DNA of 41,105 bases from NCBI GenBank assembly GCA_013152815.1, contig JAADFO010000014.1, forward strand, positions 1 through 41,105, read 5' to 3'. Of this stretch, positions 38,832-41,105 are shown piece after piece; position 1 is the first letter of the stretch; the number at the start of each line of letters is the position of its first letter. The translations under genes and the position numbers were made by a program. This stretch comes from Nanobdellati archaeon. GTDB lineage: Archaea > Nanobdellota > Nanobdellia > Woesearchaeales > JAADFO01. The notes under the pieces are model-generated. The model did not search any database. It had not been told where the DNA came from and saw nothing but the letters and a program-made list of their open reading frames with translations.

Positions 38832-39856
38832 TGCAGACGCTCAGGATACCGTTGACGAGAGCAGAAGAGGTGAAGCGCTTCCTTATCGGGAACAGCCTGC
38901 TTGACAAGGGATATCGTTTCGACAAGGACGATAAGTTCCTCTATCTACCCATAACAGAAGAAGCTGACCTGAAAAAGAGGTTCCCTGAGACGAGGATAAT
39001 GAGACATGCGCTGCAGCCTTCGAAGAAGAGGCCGGGACTCAGGCAGCTGCTCAGGAAGCGGCTTACGGCGGAAGAATTTGCGCGGCTCAAGACCGCTTTC
39101 GACATGGTGGGGGATATCGCCATCATGGAGATCGATCCTGCTCTCCGAAAGAAAGAGAAGGTCATCGCCAAGGCTCTCCTGGAGACCACGCCAACCATAA
39201 AGACCGTCCTGCGGAAGGCAGAGAAGCATACGGGCGTATTCCGGACCCAGAAGCTCCGGTGGCTTGCCGGAAGAAAGACCAAAGAGGCGTTGTATCGAGA
39301 GAATGGCATCCGGCTCAAGCTCGATGTCGAGAAGGTCTATTTCTCTCCACGACTGTCCACAGAACGGAAGCGCATCGCGCAGCTGATCAGGAAAGGGGAG
39401 GATGTCCTGGTGATGTTCTCTGGCTGCGGTCCCTACCCCTGCGTGCTGGCGAAGAACACCGATGCAAAAAGCATCACCGGCATCGAGATCAACCCTGTTG
39501 CGCATGCCTATGCGTCGGAGAACATCAAGCTCAACAAGCTGATAAACGTCAAGGTTATCGAAGGGGATGTCAGGAAGGTCATGCCAAAGATGAGAACGAG
39601 GTATGACCGCATCCTGATGCCCCTGCCCATGGGTGCAGGTGAGTTCCTTGACCTTGCTCTTGGAGCTGCGAAAAAAGGCGCGACCGTCCATTTTTACGAT
39701 TTTCTCAAGGAAGAGAACATTCCTGCAGCAGCGGTGAAGAAGATCAGGGACGCTTGCAAGAAGACAGGAAGAAGGTGTATCATCAAAGGGCACGTCAAGT
39801 GCGGCCAGTTCGGGCCAGGCATCTTCCGGGTGTGCGTCGATTTCTCGGTTCAGTAG
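38831..39856 (+). CDS. trm5: tRNA (guanine37-N1) methyltransferase, Trm5/TYW2 (Met-10+) family
   Basis: FDMVGDIA, VYFSPRLSTER, MFSGCGPY, EINP, DRILMPLP, VHFYDF. Confidence 0.85.
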   Translation: MQTLRIPLTRAEEVKRFLIGNSLLDKGYRFDKDDKFLYLPITEEADLKKRFPETRIMRHALQPSKKRPGLRQLLRKRLTAEEFARLKTAFDMVGDIAIMEIDPALRKKEKVIAKALLETTPTIKTVLRKAEKHTGVFRTQKLRWLAGRKTKEALYRENGIRLKLDVEKVYFSPRLSTERKRIAQLIRKGEDVLVMFSGCGPYPCVLAKNTDAKSITGIEINPVAHAYASENIKLNKLINVKVIEGDVRKVMPKMRTRYDRILMPLPMGAGEFLDLALGAAKKGATVHFYDFLKEENIPAAAVKKIRDACKKTGRRCIIKGHVKCGQFGPGIFRVCVDFSVQ

Positions 39857-39859
39857 ACT

Positions 39860-40006
39860 TCAGTACAAGAGAGTTCCGATGACGATGAGGATGCCGAAAA
39901 GGATGGCCAGGACAAGATAGTGATAGTCTGGCTCGGGTTCAGGTTCGGCTTCGGGAAACAGTCTCTTTTTCTCGGTCTCTATCGACCGTCGGTCGTAGCT
40001 GATCAT
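39860..40006 (-). CDS. 48-aa tail-anchored membrane microprotein (not in the ORF track)
   Basis: Manual translation MISYDRRSIETEKKRLFPEAEPEPEPDYHYLVLAILFGILIVIGTLLY. Convergent with trm5. Confidence 0.55.
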   Translation of the reverse strand: MISYDRRSIETEKKRLFPEAEPEPEPDYHYLVLAILFGILIVIGTLLY

Positions 40007-40116
40007 CGATCATCAAGATGGGGGTTCTGTACGGTCTTTTATGGTTTTCCACCTTCTGCTCTGAACAATCGCTTTTTCTCCATAACATTTAAAACAAGAA
40101 GATACTCATGAAGGAA

Positions 40117-40171
40117 TTGCATGCGATGACGGGGTGAACACCCGTCGAGCTTCGGCGATGACATACGGATG
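40117..40171 (+). ncRNA. 5' part of a second, interrupted copy of the box C/D-like RNA
   Basis: 40126-40171 matches 40265-40310 at 45 of 46 nt. TTTAAAA box at 40088-40094. The 3' end is replaced by a hairpin element. Confidence 0.55.
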
Positions 40172-40172
40172 C

Positions 40173-40197
40173 CCTCGAAAATCAGAGATTTTCGAGG
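40173..40197. repeat. perfect hairpin CCTCGAAAATC-AGA-GATTTTCGAGG (REP/MITE-like)
   Basis: 11-bp stem. A related CGAAAAC-TCT-GTTTTCG hairpin lies at 40418-40434. Confidence 0.75.
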
Positions 40198-40253
40198 TGC
40201 CAAAAAAGCTCATTTTCTCGATATGTTTATAAGACAACAGATATCACCCAGGG

Positions 40254-40330
40254 TGACGTGTACAATGACTGGGTGAACACCCGTCGAGCTTCGGCGATGA
40301 CATACGGATGTAACTAAAGAGTACACGTCA
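40254..40330 (+). ncRNA. box C/D-like guide sRNA with two kink-turns
   Basis: 10-bp terminal stem TGACGTGTAC/GTACACGTCA, C-like ACAATGA, D'-like TCGA, GC-UUCG-GC tetraloop, C'-like GCGATGA, D-like AAGA. TTTATAAG at 40226-40233. Confidence 0.7.
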
Positions 40331-40460
40331 ATCTTAACATGAGCTTTTTTGAGCATAACTAAAGAGCACATACCCTTCACCAACCGAGCAATTTCCATCA
40401 CGCATTTGCCAGCATGCCGAAAACTCTGTTTTCGTGCATAACTGAAGAAAAAACGCTTTT

Positions 40461-40670
40461 TCAAGAAACAGAGACCAAGTTCTCAACGAGGATCTGCCTG
40501 AGCAGGTCAGGATTGCGTTCCTTCACAAACAAGAGTTCAAATCCAATTACCTGATTTTTCTTATCAAAGTCGATGATCGTATTCTCATCTACTTCTTTTG
40601 TATGATCAACGTTCCCTTTCCGCAATGTTATATACACTGCATCGGCATCTTGATCGTAGCGGATTTTCAT
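40461..40670 (-). CDS. DUF2283 family putative antitoxin
   Basis: MKIRYDQDADAVYITL...IIDFDKKNQVIGFELL. Confidence 0.88.
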   Translation of the reverse strand: MKIRYDQDADAVYITLRKGNVDHTKEVDENTIIDFDKKNQVIGFELLFVKERNPDLLRQILVENLVSVS

Positions 40671-40672
40671 GT

Positions 40673-40882
40673 TTAGAGATAAAAAGAGGTTATTACTTTT
40701 ATATGCTTTTCCTTTACATAAACTACCTTTAAGCTCAGACCATTCAATCTTTTTGTGGCATAACATTTCTTTCCCACACGCATGATATCATCAGGAAACT
40801 TGATAGTCTCCTTGATCCATGTCAGATGTATCTTTCGTTCACGAATCTGCTCATTTGCATGAAAAGTGAAGATGATATCCAT
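40673..40882 (-). CDS. DUF4258 family putative toxin
   Basis: IIFTFHANEQIRERKI...LKVVYV...IKVITSF, paired with the DUF2283 gene. Confidence 0.82.
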   Translation of the reverse strand: MDIIFTFHANEQIRERKIHLTWIKETIKFPDDIMRVGKKCYATKRLNGLSLKVVYVKEKHIKVITSFYL

Positions 40883-41015
40883 CCAGAACAAAGAACAACA
40901 ATATTTGAAATGATTATTTGGAAGAATCAAGGAATAAACACAACAATAAGAAGAAAATATGCAAACAACTCGGAAATATCCGATTCTTAACAGACATGCT
41001 CGCAATAATTATGAC

Positions 41016-41105
41016 CTACCCGAACATGTTCATATAGTCCATGCCTTCCTCAAGCTCTTCCTGCTTGACTTTGGCGATGGCTGATTCGAAGTCCTTCTGG
41101 GAGAT
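41016..41105 (-). CDS. pan: 3' end of an AAA+ ATPase, probably proteasome-activating nucleotidase (partial)
   Basis: Manual translation ...ISQKDFESAIAKVKQEELEEGMDYMNMFG*. This gives the DF..AI.KV final AAA helix and an HbYX-like MFG terminus. Confidence 0.6.
   Translation of the reverse strand: MSQKDFESAIAKVKQEELEEGMDYMNMFG

Noticed and set aside
40126..40310. CRISPR array interpretation of the two 46-nt repeats
   Set aside because: Only two copies, a 93-nt structured spacer containing a promoter, and no cas genes. Kink-turn/C-D architecture explains the repeats better.
40210..40464. 84-aa minus-strand ORF
   Set aside because: Runs through the structured RNA and hairpin repeats and is not protein-like.
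1..41105. tRNA, rRNA, transposase, integrase or intein sequences
   Set aside because: None recognised by eye. atpA and polB are of uninterrupted length. tRNAscan-SE would be needed to exclude atypical tRNAs.

Overview
A 41-kb archaeal chromosome segment, most likely DPANN (Woesearchaeota-like). The lineage is inferred from gene content and protein families, not from a marker search. TATA boxes lie about 25-30 nt upstream of many start codons, suggesting largely leaderless genes. Core genes: pheS/pheT, nadE, a complete A-type ATP synthase operon (H-I-K-E-C-F-A-B-D), ftsZ, a Pol II-like family B DNA polymerase, argG/argH, fen1, trm5 and the 3' end of a probable pan. Accessory content: an AT-rich NucS-domain gene, a lipoprotein serpin, an AT-rich arsR/Cys-rich peptide/arsP/isochorismatase/ICMT islet, a GCS2-like ligase next to an M20 peptidase, and two toxin-antitoxin pairs. 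The most striking unannotated element is at about 40.1-40.45 kb. It is a promoter-bearing box C/D-like RNA with two kink-turns, whose D' guide fits the 23S rRNA A-loop (U2552 by the N+5 rule). It is duplicated and interleaved with ATGC...GCAT hairpin elements. Other notable points: a frameshift at the pheS 3' end, a 41-aa Cys-rich peptide missed by the ORF track, a histone-H1-like tail on ATPase subunit B, palindromic operators at polB and the TA pair, and many 9-13-bp intergenic tandem duplications.
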